Origin: an uncultured Verrucomicrobiae bacterium
GTDB taxonomy: Bacteria; Verrucomicrobiota; Verrucomicrobiia; Chthoniobacterales; UBA10450
Direction of reading: 5' to 3'
Assembly: GCA_963726745.1 (NCBI GenBank)
Contig: CAVSDR010000003.1
Location: 448,001-512,000 of the forward strand
DNA: 64,000 nucleotides
Part shown: in pieces, positions 20,584 through 29,360 of the stretch
Position numbering within the stretch: position 1 is the stretch's first letter
Layout of the letters: every line of letters begins with the position of its first letter
The notes under the pieces: generated by a model
Told to the model about the DNA's origin: nothing
The model's database searches: none
The model's input: only the letters and a program-made list of their open reading frames with translations
Program-made: the position numbers and the translations under genes

Positions 20584-21522
20584 GTGGGACATGACCATGC
20601 GCACGGCCTCGCGGCGAAAGGCATTCGCACCGCCTTTTTCCTTAACCTCGGGTTTACTCTCCTGGAAATAGCCGGCGGCTTCTGGACCAACAGCGTCGCC
20701 ATCCTGACCGATGCGCTGCACGATGGCGGCGACTGTTTCTCGCTCGGGCTGGCCTGGTATCTGCAACATCTTTCCGCGAAGGAAGCGGACGCGCGGTTCA
20801 CCTATGGCTACCGGCGTTTTTCGGTCATGGGTGCGCTCGTCATGGGTTTGGTCTTGTCGGCCGGCGTCGCGGTGATGGCTTGGAAAGCGATCGAACGCCT
20901 GCGCCATCCGGAGGAGGTCTTTGCGCCTGGCATGATTGTGCTCGCGGTCGTCGGCATCCTGGCCAATGGCGCCGCAGTCTGGCGCACGCGCGGTGGGAAA
21001 TCGCTCAATTTGCGCATGGTCAGCTGGCATCTGCTGGAAGACGCGCTCGGCTGGGCGGCCGTCCTTCTTGGCAGCATCGCGATGAGCCTGTGGCATGTGC
21101 CAATCCTCGACCCGTTGCTCTCGCTCGCGATCGGGCTGTTTGTTCTCTGGAATGTCGCGCGCAATCTGCGCACGGTCGTGACCGTCCTTCTGCAGCGCAC
21201 CCCGCACGGGTTCGATGCGGCCCGCTTTGCCGAGCGCATGCGCGCGCGCCCGGGCGTGGTCTCGACTCACCACACGCACACCTGGTCGCTCGATGGCGAG
21301 CACCACGTGCTCACGACGCACCTGGTCGTCCGACCGGAAACGACGCGCGCGGAAATCAACACGCTCAAGCAATCAGTGCGCGCCGAGATGATGGGCGAAG
21401 AGTTCGAACATGTGACCATCGACGTGGAAGTCGAGGGGGAGGAATGCAGCGGCTGCCACGGAGAAAGTGCCGCCTCCGCGCGCGAAGAAAAGCCGCAGAG
21501 CGGGCGCGAGCGACGTAGTTAA
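20584..21522 (+). CDS. cation diffusion facilitator (CzcD/ZitB-like)
   Basis: His-rich N-terminus, LTDALHD, FTYGYRR, HLLEDALG and HVTI motifs. Confidence 0.9.
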   Translation: MGHDHAHGLAAKGIRTAFFLNLGFTLLEIAGGFWTNSVAILTDALHDGGDCFSLGLAWYLQHLSAKEADARFTYGYRRFSVMGALVMGLVLSAGVAVMAWKAIERLRHPEEVFAPGMIVLAVVGILANGAAVWRTRGGKSLNLRMVSWHLLEDALGWAAVLLGSIAMSLWHVPILDPLLSLAIGLFVLWNVARNLRTVVTVLLQRTPHGFDAARFAERMRARPGVVSTHHTHTWSLDGEHHVLTTHLVVRPETTRAEINTLKQSVRAEMMGEEFEHVTIDVEVEGEECSGCHGESAASAREEKPQSGRERRS

Positions 21523-21526
21523 AAAT

Positions 21527-22537
21527 ATGAAGCACGAAAAACGAAACCAGGTCGTCGTCATTACCGGAGCTTCCGCGGGCGTGGGTCGCGCGGCCGCGCA
21601 AGCCTTCGCGCGGCAAGGCGCGCGGATCGGTTTGCTGGCGCGCGGGCAGGCTGGGCTCGAGGGCGCGAAGCGCGATGTCGAGCGCCTGGGCGGCGAGGCG
21701 ATTATCCTGCAGGCGGACGTGGCCGATGCGGCGGCGGTCGAGCAGGCCGCGGCCACGGTGGAGGAGAAATTCGGCCCGATCGATGTCTGGGTAAACAACG
21801 CCATGTGCTCGGTCTTTTCGCCAATCAAGGAGATGACCGCGGAGGAATTCCGACGCGTGACCGAGGTGACCTACCTGGGCGTGGTTCACGGCTCGCTCTC
21901 GGCCCTGCGCCGGATGCTGCCGCGCGATCACGGCGTGATCGTGCAGGTCGGCTCGGCGCTGGCTTATCGCGGGATTCCGTTGCAAGGCGCCTACTGCGGC
22001 GCGAAGCACGCCATCCAGGGTTTTTGCGATTCGCTGCGCTGCGAGTTGTTGCACGATAAGAGCCAGGTCCGCGTGGTCATGGTGCAGATGCCGGCCCTTA
22101 ACACTCCGCAATTTAGCTGGGTCAAGAGTCGGCTGCCTAACCAGCCGCAGCCGGTCCCGCCGATCTTCCAGCCGGAGATCGCGGCCGACGCAATCGTTTA
22201 TGCGGCGCAGAATAACCGCCGCGAAGTCTACGTGGGCATGCCCGCCGTGGAGGCGATCGTCGGCGATAAGATCGCGCCTGGCCTGCTCGATCACTACCTC
22301 GCCGCGACCGGTTACAAAGGCCAGCAAACCGACAAGCCGGTGTCACCCAATCGTCGCGACAACCTCTGGGAACCAGTGGACCAGGAGCGCGACCACGGTG
22401 CGCACGGCAGTTTCGATGCGCGCGCCAGCAACTGGAGCGCGCAACTTTGGGCAAATAAAAACCGCCATTGGCTCGCGCTCGGCGCGCTGGGTCTTCTGGG
22501 CGCTGCCGCCGCGCTTTTCGCGTGCGACGACGACTAG
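21527..22537 (+). CDS. SDR family oxidoreductase
   Basis: TGASAGVG, WVNNA and YCGAKHA motifs. Confidence 0.92.
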   Translation: MKHEKRNQVVVITGASAGVGRAAAQAFARQGARIGLLARGQAGLEGAKRDVERLGGEAIILQADVADAAAVEQAAATVEEKFGPIDVWVNNAMCSVFSPIKEMTAEEFRRVTEVTYLGVVHGSLSALRRMLPRDHGVIVQVGSALAYRGIPLQGAYCGAKHAIQGFCDSLRCELLHDKSQVRVVMVQMPALNTPQFSWVKSRLPNQPQPVPPIFQPEIAADAIVYAAQNNRREVYVGMPAVEAIVGDKIAPGLLDHYLAATGYKGQQTDKPVSPNRRDNLWEPVDQERDHGAHGSFDARASNWSAQLWANKNRHWLALGALGLLGAAAALFACDDD

Positions 22538-22540
22538 GCG

Positions 22541-23395
22541 CTAGCGGCGCGGTGCGGGCGTGCTCTTGGCGCGAATCAGGCGGCCATCTGGCGCGCGACG
22601 GATCCGCTGCGCTTTCGCCGCCGCCTTCTGTTTCACCTCGACGTATTTGAGACGCGCAGTCGCGTCAGCGTCGTTCGGCTTCAACTGCAGAATCTTGCGA
22701 AAATCCTCCGCGGCCGGGCCGTATTGATTGGTTAGACGATAAGCCTGGCCCCGGCGGCGATAGGCTTCCGGATCCTTCGGACGCAACTCGATGATGCGGG
22801 TGAAGTCGGCGATCGCGAGATCGTTCTTGCCCAGTTTGCGGTAGACATACCCGCGCTGCTCGAGCGCGCCGACGTCCTTCTTGTTCGCGCCGACGACCTT
22901 GGTGTAATCGTCCGCCGCCTGCTGCCATTGCTGCTTCCGCAAGTGGGCGTAGGCACGATAACGCAGCGCCGCCGGGTCCTTTGAGCCAAGCTCGATCGCC
23001 TTCGTGAGATCGACAATCGCCGCGTCGAACTTGTTCTGCTGCATCTCCAGCTGGCCTTTGTCGAGGCGGGCCTGCGCATCCTTGGGATTAAACTCGATCA
23101 CCTTTTCGTAATCGGCCAGCGCCTCCTTCGGCTGATTGTTCAACTTATAGGCCAGCGCGCGATTGGTGTAGTTCTTGGGGTCGTTAGGCTGCGCCTTGAT
23201 CGCGAGGGTGAACTCCTTCACCGCCTCGGCGTATTTCTTCTGCCGGGCAAATTTTACGCCTTTGTTGGTGTGGCCGCCGGGATCGCCCGCGATGGCAGAA
23301 CGGCGGCTGCGACGTGCGCCCTCCGCGGAGGGCACTGCGAGGAAGGGGAAGACGAGCGCGGCCAGAAGCAACAGATGGAGGGAGAATTTTTTCAT
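22541..23395 (-). CDS. secreted TPR-repeat protein
   Basis: Signal peptide and repeated A..DY/FTKAIEL.PKD TPR units. Confidence 0.87.
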   Translation of the reverse strand: MKKFSLHLLLLAALVFPFLAVPSAEGARRSRRSAIAGDPGGHTNKGVKFARQKKYAEAVKEFTLAIKAQPNDPKNYTNRALAYKLNNQPKEALADYEKVIEFNPKDAQARLDKGQLEMQQNKFDAAIVDLTKAIELGSKDPAALRYRAYAHLRKQQWQQAADDYTKVVGANKKDVGALEQRGYVYRKLGKNDLAIADFTRIIELRPKDPEAYRRRGQAYRLTNQYGPAAEDFRKILQLKPNDADATARLKYVEVKQKAAAKAQRIRRAPDGRLIRAKSTPAPRR

Positions 23396-23499
23396 AAGCA
23401 AAGTTCCTGCGAACAAAATGCAGCCAGCGGCAGCGACGTCAAACAGCCGACCCTTTCACGCGGCCGGTGGCGGACTGACGGGAGCGCGCTGCCTAACGA

Positions 23500-25266
23500 G
23501 TGATTCCGCTTGCGCCGTTGGGCCCGCGGCTTTCCAGTCAGGATCGAGTGGCTACGCTTTCGGCCGAGTTCCATCGCCTGCACGATAAAGCGCGCCCGGT
23601 CATTGGCACTCTCCTGTATGGCCTGGTCGCGAGCCTGGCCGCGGTCGCCTTCCAACTAGCCGTCAATTGGCTCTACGCGCTCTGCTACACCACGCCGGCC
23701 GCGGGAAGTTTCTGGCGTTTTTGCTGGCTCACGCTCGCGGTCATCGTCTCCACATCGCTCCTCGCTGGTTGGCTCCTGCATGCCTTTTGCCCGGAGGCCG
23801 CCGGCAGCGGCATCCCGCAAGTAAAGCTGCGCTTTTGGAAGGAATTTGGACACTCCCCGCGCCGGATTGCCTGGATCAAATTCCTCGGCGGTGTGATCAC
23901 GCTCGGCGGCGGGCAAAGTCTCGGGCGCGAAGGCCCGACGGTGCAGATCGGGAGCAATCTCGCCTCCAGCCTGGCCGGCCTGCTCGGGGTGACAAAGCAG
24001 AACCGTCGCGCGGCCAGCGCTGCCGGGGCCGCCGCCGGCTTAGCCGCCGCTTTCAACGCGCCCTTGGCGGCGGTCGCGTTCGTCCTTGAGGAGATCATCG
24101 GCGACCTGAACAGCCGCTCGTTAGGCAGCGTTCTCCTGGCTTCGGTCATCGGCGCGTTTGTGGTCCATGCCGCGATCGGCGCGCAGCCGGCCTTTGTCCT
24201 TCCAGCGCTGGCGGAGCCAACCTGGCGGGCGTACCTGCTGATGCCGATCGCGGCTGCGTTGGCCACGCTCATCGGCGTTCTCTTTCAACGGAGCACGCTC
24301 GGGTTGCGCGCGCGTTGCCGGAAGGCGCAGCGGTTTCCGCGCTGGCTGCAACCATTAGCCGGTGGGCTCACCACTTGGGTCATCGGGATCAGCATCTTCG
24401 CCTACACCGGGCGGCTGGGGGTTTTTGCCCTCGGCTACGACGATCTTTCCGATGCGCTCCAACACGGCATGGCCTGGAAGCTCGCGCTCCTCCTACTCGC
24501 CGGAAAGCTCCTGGCCACGATCGCGAGTTACGGCTTCGGCGGCTGCGGCGGAATTTTTTCGCCGAATCTTTTCTTCGGCGCGATGTGCGGCCTGGTAGTC
24601 GCTGGCCTCGGTGGACAATTCTTTGCGCTCAATCGCTCGGACGATCTCCTGGTGACGATCGGCGCGATGAGTGCCTGCCTGGGCGCGGTGGTGCAGGCGC
24701 CGGTGACCGCAATTTTGATCATCTTCGAGATGACGCACCAGTTCGCGGTGGTGCCAGGGCTGATGCTCGCGGGATTGGTCAGCCAGGCGCTCGCGCGTTC
24801 GCTTTCGAGCACGAATTTCTACGACGAAGTGCTCCTGCAAGACGGCCATCAAATCGAACACCTGGTGCCACCGCGCGATCTCCGGAGCTGGCAAAATCTC
24901 CCGATCTCGGCGATCGCGAATTTCCAGCCGGTAGCGATTAGAGACAGCAACTTCACCGCGCTGCGGGAACTGCTCGCGGCGCATCCTTACCGGCATTTTC
25001 CCCTGCTCGAAAATGAGCGCGTGCAGGGCATGGCCACGCGGCAGGAGATCGAGATGGCGATTGTGGAAGCGCGGCCGCTCCGGCTCGAGCCGGCCTTTCC
25101 CTGCCGGCCGGGTGCATCGATCCGCGAATCGCAGGCCGCCTTGATCGAATCGCCCACGCACACGCTGGTGCTGACGGATGGTCCCGAGGGAAAATTGCTC
25201 GCGGTGGTGACGCTGCACGATCTCCTGCGCGCGCAGGTGACGATGAGCGAACGCGAGCGTCCCTGA
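23500..25266 (+). CDS. ClC family chloride channel/antiporter with CBS domains
   Basis: GSGIP, GREGP, GIFSP and NFY motifs; C-terminal CBS-like region; start codon uncertain. Confidence 0.92.
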   Translation: MIPLAPLGPRLSSQDRVATLSAEFHRLHDKARPVIGTLLYGLVASLAAVAFQLAVNWLYALCYTTPAAGSFWRFCWLTLAVIVSTSLLAGWLLHAFCPEAAGSGIPQVKLRFWKEFGHSPRRIAWIKFLGGVITLGGGQSLGREGPTVQIGSNLASSLAGLLGVTKQNRRAASAAGAAAGLAAAFNAPLAAVAFVLEEIIGDLNSRSLGSVLLASVIGAFVVHAAIGAQPAFVLPALAEPTWRAYLLMPIAAALATLIGVLFQRSTLGLRARCRKAQRFPRWLQPLAGGLTTWVIGISIFAYTGRLGVFALGYDDLSDALQHGMAWKLALLLLAGKLLATIASYGFGGCGGIFSPNLFFGAMCGLVVAGLGGQFFALNRSDDLLVTIGAMSACLGAVVQAPVTAILIIFEMTHQFAVVPGLMLAGLVSQALARSLSSTNFYDEVLLQDGHQIEHLVPPRDLRSWQNLPISAIANFQPVAIRDSNFTALRELLAAHPYRHFPLLENERVQGMATRQEIEMAIVEARPLRLEPAFPCRPGASIRESQAALIESPTHTLVLTDGPEGKLLAVVTLHDLLRAQVTMSERERP

Positions 25267-25309
25267 GGCTACACGCGCAGGCGCGCGTTCGCGGGCGTAT
25301 CCCCTGTGA

Positions 25310-26005
25310 ATGAGCGACCCGTTGCATTACCTGGCCGTGGCCAGCCTGATCGTGGGCGTCATCTCTGCGGCGATCATCGCGATCGACCTCTTCGCGGGAC
25401 ACCGGCAGCACATGTGGATCATGAACCTGGTCTGGCCGATCACCGGGCTCTATGCGGGCCCCTTCGCGGTCTGGGGTTACTTCGCCGCCGGCCGGCTCTC
25501 GACCGAGCGCGCGCACCGCGCGGCGCAGGCGGAGAACGATCGACCACCGGGAAAAAAGAAGCCGTTCTGGCAGATGGTCGCGCTCGGCGTGACCCATTGC
25601 GGGAGCGGCTGCACCGTGGCCGACATCGTGGGCGAATGGGGGTTGTTCCTTTTCCCGGTGACGCTCTTCGGAATGAAAATGTTCGGCGCCTGGGTGGTCG
25701 ATTATTTGCTCGCGCTCTTGATCGGGATTTTCTTCCAATACTTCACGATCGCGCCCATGCGCGACCTCTCGTTAGGCAAAGGCCTCCTGGCGGCGGCCAA
25801 GGCGGACTTCTTTTCCCTGACCGCCTGGCAGGTGGGGATGTATGGCTGGATGGCGATCGCAGTTTTCGTGTTCTTCGGCCACGAGATCCCGAAAACCGAC
25901 CCGCTCTTCTGGTTCATGATGCAAATCGCAATGCTCATCGGCTTCGCCACCGCCTACCCGGTGAACTGGTGGCTCTTGCGCGCAGGGATCAAAGAGAAGA
26001 TGTGA
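25310..26005 (+). CDS. DUF4396 domain membrane protein
   Basis: HCGSGC, WQVGMYGWM, FWFMMQIAM..GF.TAYPVNWWL..GIKEKM motifs. Confidence 0.82.
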   Translation: MSDPLHYLAVASLIVGVISAAIIAIDLFAGHRQHMWIMNLVWPITGLYAGPFAVWGYFAAGRLSTERAHRAAQAENDRPPGKKKPFWQMVALGVTHCGSGCTVADIVGEWGLFLFPVTLFGMKMFGAWVVDYLLALLIGIFFQYFTIAPMRDLSLGKGLLAAAKADFFSLTAWQVGMYGWMAIAVFVFFGHEIPKTDPLFWFMMQIAMLIGFATAYPVNWWLLRAGIKEKM

Positions 26006-26014
26006 GACGGCGCG

Positions 26015-26551
26015 ATGTCTTTATTTTTTAATAGCTGGGATGCGATCCTGCGCACGCTGGCCGCGGGCACGCTGGCTTACATCGGCCTGGTGGTGATCCT
26101 GCGCGTCTCCGGCAAGCGCACGCTCTCGAAGTGGAACGCCTTCGATTTCATCATCACGATCGCGCTCGGCTCGACCCTCGCGAGCATTCTCCTGACGAAA
26201 GACGTCTCTCTGATCCAGGGCATTCTCGCGCTCGGGTTGCTCATTGGCCTGCAGTTTGTCGTCACTTTTCTTTCCGTGCGGCTGGACAAGATCTCCCAGC
26301 TGGTAAAGGCGCGGCCGCGTTTGCTCCTGCTGCGCGGCATCCTGCAAACTCAGGCGATGCAGGAGGAACGCGTGACCGAGGGAGAAATTCTGGCCGCGCT
26401 GCGGACCGAGGGAATCGCGCGCGTGGAAGACGCCGGCGCGGTGGTGCTGGAAACAGACGGCAGCTTCAGCGTGCTGCCGGAGCTCGGCCGCGGCGGGAAA
26501 TCGACCCTCGCAGATGTGCGCGGCACCGAGTCGCTCGCGGCGCTGGATTGA
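26015..26551 (+). CDS. DUF421 (YetF-like) membrane protein
   Basis: GKRTLSKWNAFDF and VLETDGSFSV motifs. Confidence 0.87.
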   Translation: MSLFFNSWDAILRTLAAGTLAYIGLVVILRVSGKRTLSKWNAFDFIITIALGSTLASILLTKDVSLIQGILALGLLIGLQFVVTFLSVRLDKISQLVKARPRLLLLRGILQTQAMQEERVTEGEILAALRTEGIARVEDAGAVVLETDGSFSVLPELGRGGKSTLADVRGTESLAALD

Positions 26552-26641
26552 GCCGGCAACTTCACCGGAGCGTCCACCCGAGCAGGATTGTGCGATGATG
26601 GCCCAAGTGAGAGAAAGCGCTGCCAAAATTCTGCCCGATCG

Positions 26642-27832
26642 ATGAAGACGCCTCGGCGGCCCGCGATTGTCCTGCTGGGAATGATCACGACCATGCCCGT
26701 GGGCGGCGTCATCTGGCAAACGTGGCATTACCTGGAAGGCCTGCGGCGTCTCGGCTTCGAGGTTTATTACGTGGAGGACCACGGGATGTGGCCGGCGATG
26801 TTTACCGACCAGGAAGATCCCTACGGCAGTGAACCGGCGGCGGCGTTCCTCAGGAAATTAATGGAGCGCTTCGGCCTGGCGGATCACTGGTCCTACTGCG
26901 CCTGGCATACCGATGAGCGCTGTTTCGGCCTCGACCGCGCGCAGCTCGCGCCGATCTATGCCGAGGCCGCGGCGGTGCTCAATCTTCACGGCGGCACCGT
27001 CGTGCGCCCGGAGCATCGCCGCGGTGGCGCGTTGCTTTACGTGGAGACGGATCCGGTCGCGACCGAGATCGAGCTGCACCGAGGAGTGAAGGCGACGGCT
27101 GATTTTCTCGACCAACACACAGCGCATTTCACCTTTGGCGAAAACCTCGGCGCGCCGGATTGCCGGGTCCCGCTGCCGCCGGCGAAGTACCGCTTTCACG
27201 CGACGCGCCAGCCGGTCGTCTGCGATTTTTGGGAAAGCGACGGCGGCCCGGCGGAGTGCTTCACCACGATCGCGAATTGGCGGCAGCCGGTGCGCGAAAC
27301 GACTTTAGACGGCGAGCTCTACACCTGGAGCAAGCACCATGAGTTCCTGAAATTTCTCGAGTTGCCTCGGAAAGTCGCGCAGCCCTTCGAGCTGGCCCTG
27401 AGCAGCTTCGAGCCGGCAGACCGCGAGATGTTGCAAGCACACGGCTGGCGGGTGCGACCGGCGCTGGAGTTCACCCGCGACCTCGAGGCTTATCGCGCCT
27501 ACATCCGGCAATCGCGCGGCGAATGGACCGTGGCCAAGGATCAAAACGTGCGCCTGCGCAGCGGCTGGTTTAGCGATCGCGCGGCGACGTATTTGGCCGC
27601 CGGGCGGCCGGTGATCACGCAGGAAACGGGCTTCAGCAATGTGCTGCCTACGGGCGAAGGACTGTTCGCCTTCCGCGAGCTCGGCGAGGTGATCGCGGCG
27701 GTGGAGACGATCAACGCCGATTACCCGCGCCACGCCCGCGCCGCGGCGGAGATCGCGCGGGAATTCTTCGGCGCGGAAGCGGTCCTGGCGAAGATGCTCG
27801 AGCAGGCCGGAGTGGAGATCCCCAGGCGATGA
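26642..27832 (+). CDS. putative GT-B glycosyltransferase-like protein
   Basis: GGVIWQTWHYLEGLRRLG N-terminus; SGWFSDRAATYLAAGRPVITQETG C-terminal nucleotide-sugar-binding-like motif. Confidence 0.7.
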   Translation: MKTPRRPAIVLLGMITTMPVGGVIWQTWHYLEGLRRLGFEVYYVEDHGMWPAMFTDQEDPYGSEPAAAFLRKLMERFGLADHWSYCAWHTDERCFGLDRAQLAPIYAEAAAVLNLHGGTVVRPEHRRGGALLYVETDPVATEIELHRGVKATADFLDQHTAHFTFGENLGAPDCRVPLPPAKYRFHATRQPVVCDFWESDGGPAECFTTIANWRQPVRETTLDGELYTWSKHHEFLKFLELPRKVAQPFELALSSFEPADREMLQAHGWRVRPALEFTRDLEAYRAYIRQSRGEWTVAKDQNVRLRSGWFSDRAATYLAAGRPVITQETGFSNVLPTGEGLFAFRELGEVIAAVETINADYPRHARAAAEIAREFFGAEAVLAKMLEQAGVEIPRR

Positions 27833-28539
27833 GCGCGGATCGCTTTGTCATCGTCAACGCGGATGACTTTGGCCTAACGAGCGGAATCAATCGCGGCATC
27901 ATCGAGGCGCATGAACGGGGCGTGGTCACCAGCGCAAGCTTGATGGTGCGCGCGCCCGCCGCTGGCGAGGCGGCAGACTACGCCCGCGCCCACCCGCGCT
28001 TCAGCCTCGGCTGGCATGTGGAACTCTCGGAATGGCGATGCCGCGCCGGCCACTGGGAGCTGGCCTACGCGATCGTCGACGTGGCCGATGCTGCGGCGGT
28101 TACCGCGGAGTGCGAGCGGCAACTCGAGCGCTTTCGGGAATTAGCCGGCAACCTGCCCACGCACATCGATTCGCACCAGCATGTGCATTTGCGCGAGCCG
28201 GTGCGCACGGTGCTGGCAGGCTTCGCGACGCGGCTGAAGGTGCCTTTGCGCGCCTGCAGTGAAAGTGTCGGCTACCGGGGCGGCTTCTATGGCCAAACCG
28301 GGGAGGGCGAGCCCCTGCCAGAGGGCATTTCGCCGGCGGCGTTTGCCGCTTTGCTGGAGGCGCTTCCGCCAGGCTGGACCGAGCTCGGGTGCCACCCGGG
28401 ATTTTCCGGGGAGGACTTGGATTCAGTCTATCGAAAGGAGCGCGACGAGGAAGTGCGCGCGCTCTGCAGCGACGAGGTGTGGAAAAGCATCGAGCGCAGC
28501 CGGGTGCAGCTGCGCTCGTTTGCTGATTTCAACCCGTAA
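27829..28539 (+). CDS. ChbG/HpnK (YdjC) family deacetylase
   Basis: VNADDFG, HIDSHQHVH and ELGCHPG motifs; ATGA overlap with the upstream gene. Confidence 0.9.
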   Translation: MSADRFVIVNADDFGLTSGINRGIIEAHERGVVTSASLMVRAPAAGEAADYARAHPRFSLGWHVELSEWRCRAGHWELAYAIVDVADAAAVTAECERQLERFRELAGNLPTHIDSHQHVHLREPVRTVLAGFATRLKVPLRACSESVGYRGGFYGQTGEGEPLPEGISPAAFAALLEALPPGWTELGCHPGFSGEDLDSVYRKERDEEVRALCSDEVWKSIERSRVQLRSFADFNP

Positions 28540-28589
28540 TCGTGGACGCGCCTCCGTGCGGGAAATGGAGACGCGCCACGACTTCGGGG

Positions 28590-28730
28590 CTAATTCTGGA
28601 ATTTGATTCCGCCGCGGCTGGGGCCTTCGGTATTCCGGGCGCCGCCTTTGGCATCCTTGCGCGGTTTGAGGTCCGACACTTTGACCTGGGGCTTCTTTGA
28701 GGATTTGGATTTGGTGCTTTTCGTTGGCAT
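28590..28730 (-). CDS. double-glycine-leader precursor peptide C (46 aa; not in ORF track)
   Basis: Manual translation MPTKSTKSKSSKKPQVKVSDLKPRKDAKGG|ARNTEGPSRGGIKFQN; leader nearly matches the neighbouring peptide. Confidence 0.8.
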   Translation of the reverse strand: MPTKSTKSKSSKKPQVKVSDLKPRKDAKGGARNTEGPSRGGIKFQN

Positions 28731-28823
28731 CGCTGGTTGGGAAATGAAGTTTGGTTTGGTGGTGAATTCGATAGCCGCATCAAGGGGATCGGACCCACAA
28801 TGGGCGTATGCTGGCAGCTCTCG

Positions 28824-29033
28824 TTAGTCGAGGTTGCCGCTGTTGCTGGCGTTATTGCTCGCCGAGTTCTGGTCGAACCGGTTTTGCCCGGCGTTACGAC
28901 CGGCGGCGTTCTGGTCGAACGCACCCGACTGGTTGCGGGCTCCGCCCTTGGCGTCCTTTTCCGGGGTGAGGTCCTGGACCTTCACTTCGGGTTTCTTCTC
29001 GGTCGATTCGGCGTTGTCTTTGTTCTGAGCCAT
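28824..29033 (-). CDS. double-glycine-leader precursor peptide B (69 aa)
   Basis: ...KKPEVKVQDLTPEKDAKGG|ARNQSGAFDQNAAGRNAGQNRFDQNSASNNASNSGNLD. Confidence 0.85.
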   Translation of the reverse strand: MAQNKDNAESTEKKPEVKVQDLTPEKDAKGGARNQSGAFDQNAAGRNAGQNRFDQNSASNNASNSGNLD

Positions 29034-29037
29034 TTTC

Positions 29038-29223
29038 TTATTCCTTTGTTTTTTGGGTTGTTGATTGGGTGTCGGTTTCGCCGAAGAGCAACTGACGGCC
29101 GCCTTGGACGTTTTGTTTTGGAATCAAGTCATCCAGGCGGATCAATTGCACTTTCGGGTGTCCCTGCTGTTGATTTTTCTGATCTCCAGCGCGCGCACCT
29201 TTTTTGTCTTTTGATGCACTCAC
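29038..29223 (-). CDS. double-glycine-leader precursor peptide A (61 aa)
   Basis: ...PKVQLIRLDDLIPKQNVQGG|RQLLFGETDTQSTTQKTKE; same DLxP-x5-GG spacing. Confidence 0.72.
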   Translation of the reverse strand: MSASKDKKGARAGDQKNQQQGHPKVQLIRLDDLIPKQNVQGGRQLLFGETDTQSTTQKTKE

Positions 29224-29237
29224 CTGCCATTCCTCTT

Positions 29238-29253
29238 AACATGCGGCGTGCCA
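29238..29253 (-). promoter_or_regulatory. imperfect sigma54-like promoter for the precursor genes
   Basis: Minus strand TGGCACGCCGCATGTT: consensus -24 box, -12 reads GT instead of GC; lies just downstream of a sigma54 activator gene. Confidence 0.45.
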
Positions 29254-29360
29254 GCATTTCCGAAGGCGCCAAAACGCTGTCTAAAATCGGGGTGACACGG
29301 CTGCTTTCACCCTGGTTGCGAAGGGATTAGCGCGTCGGATTACAATCAGGAAAAGTTTGC

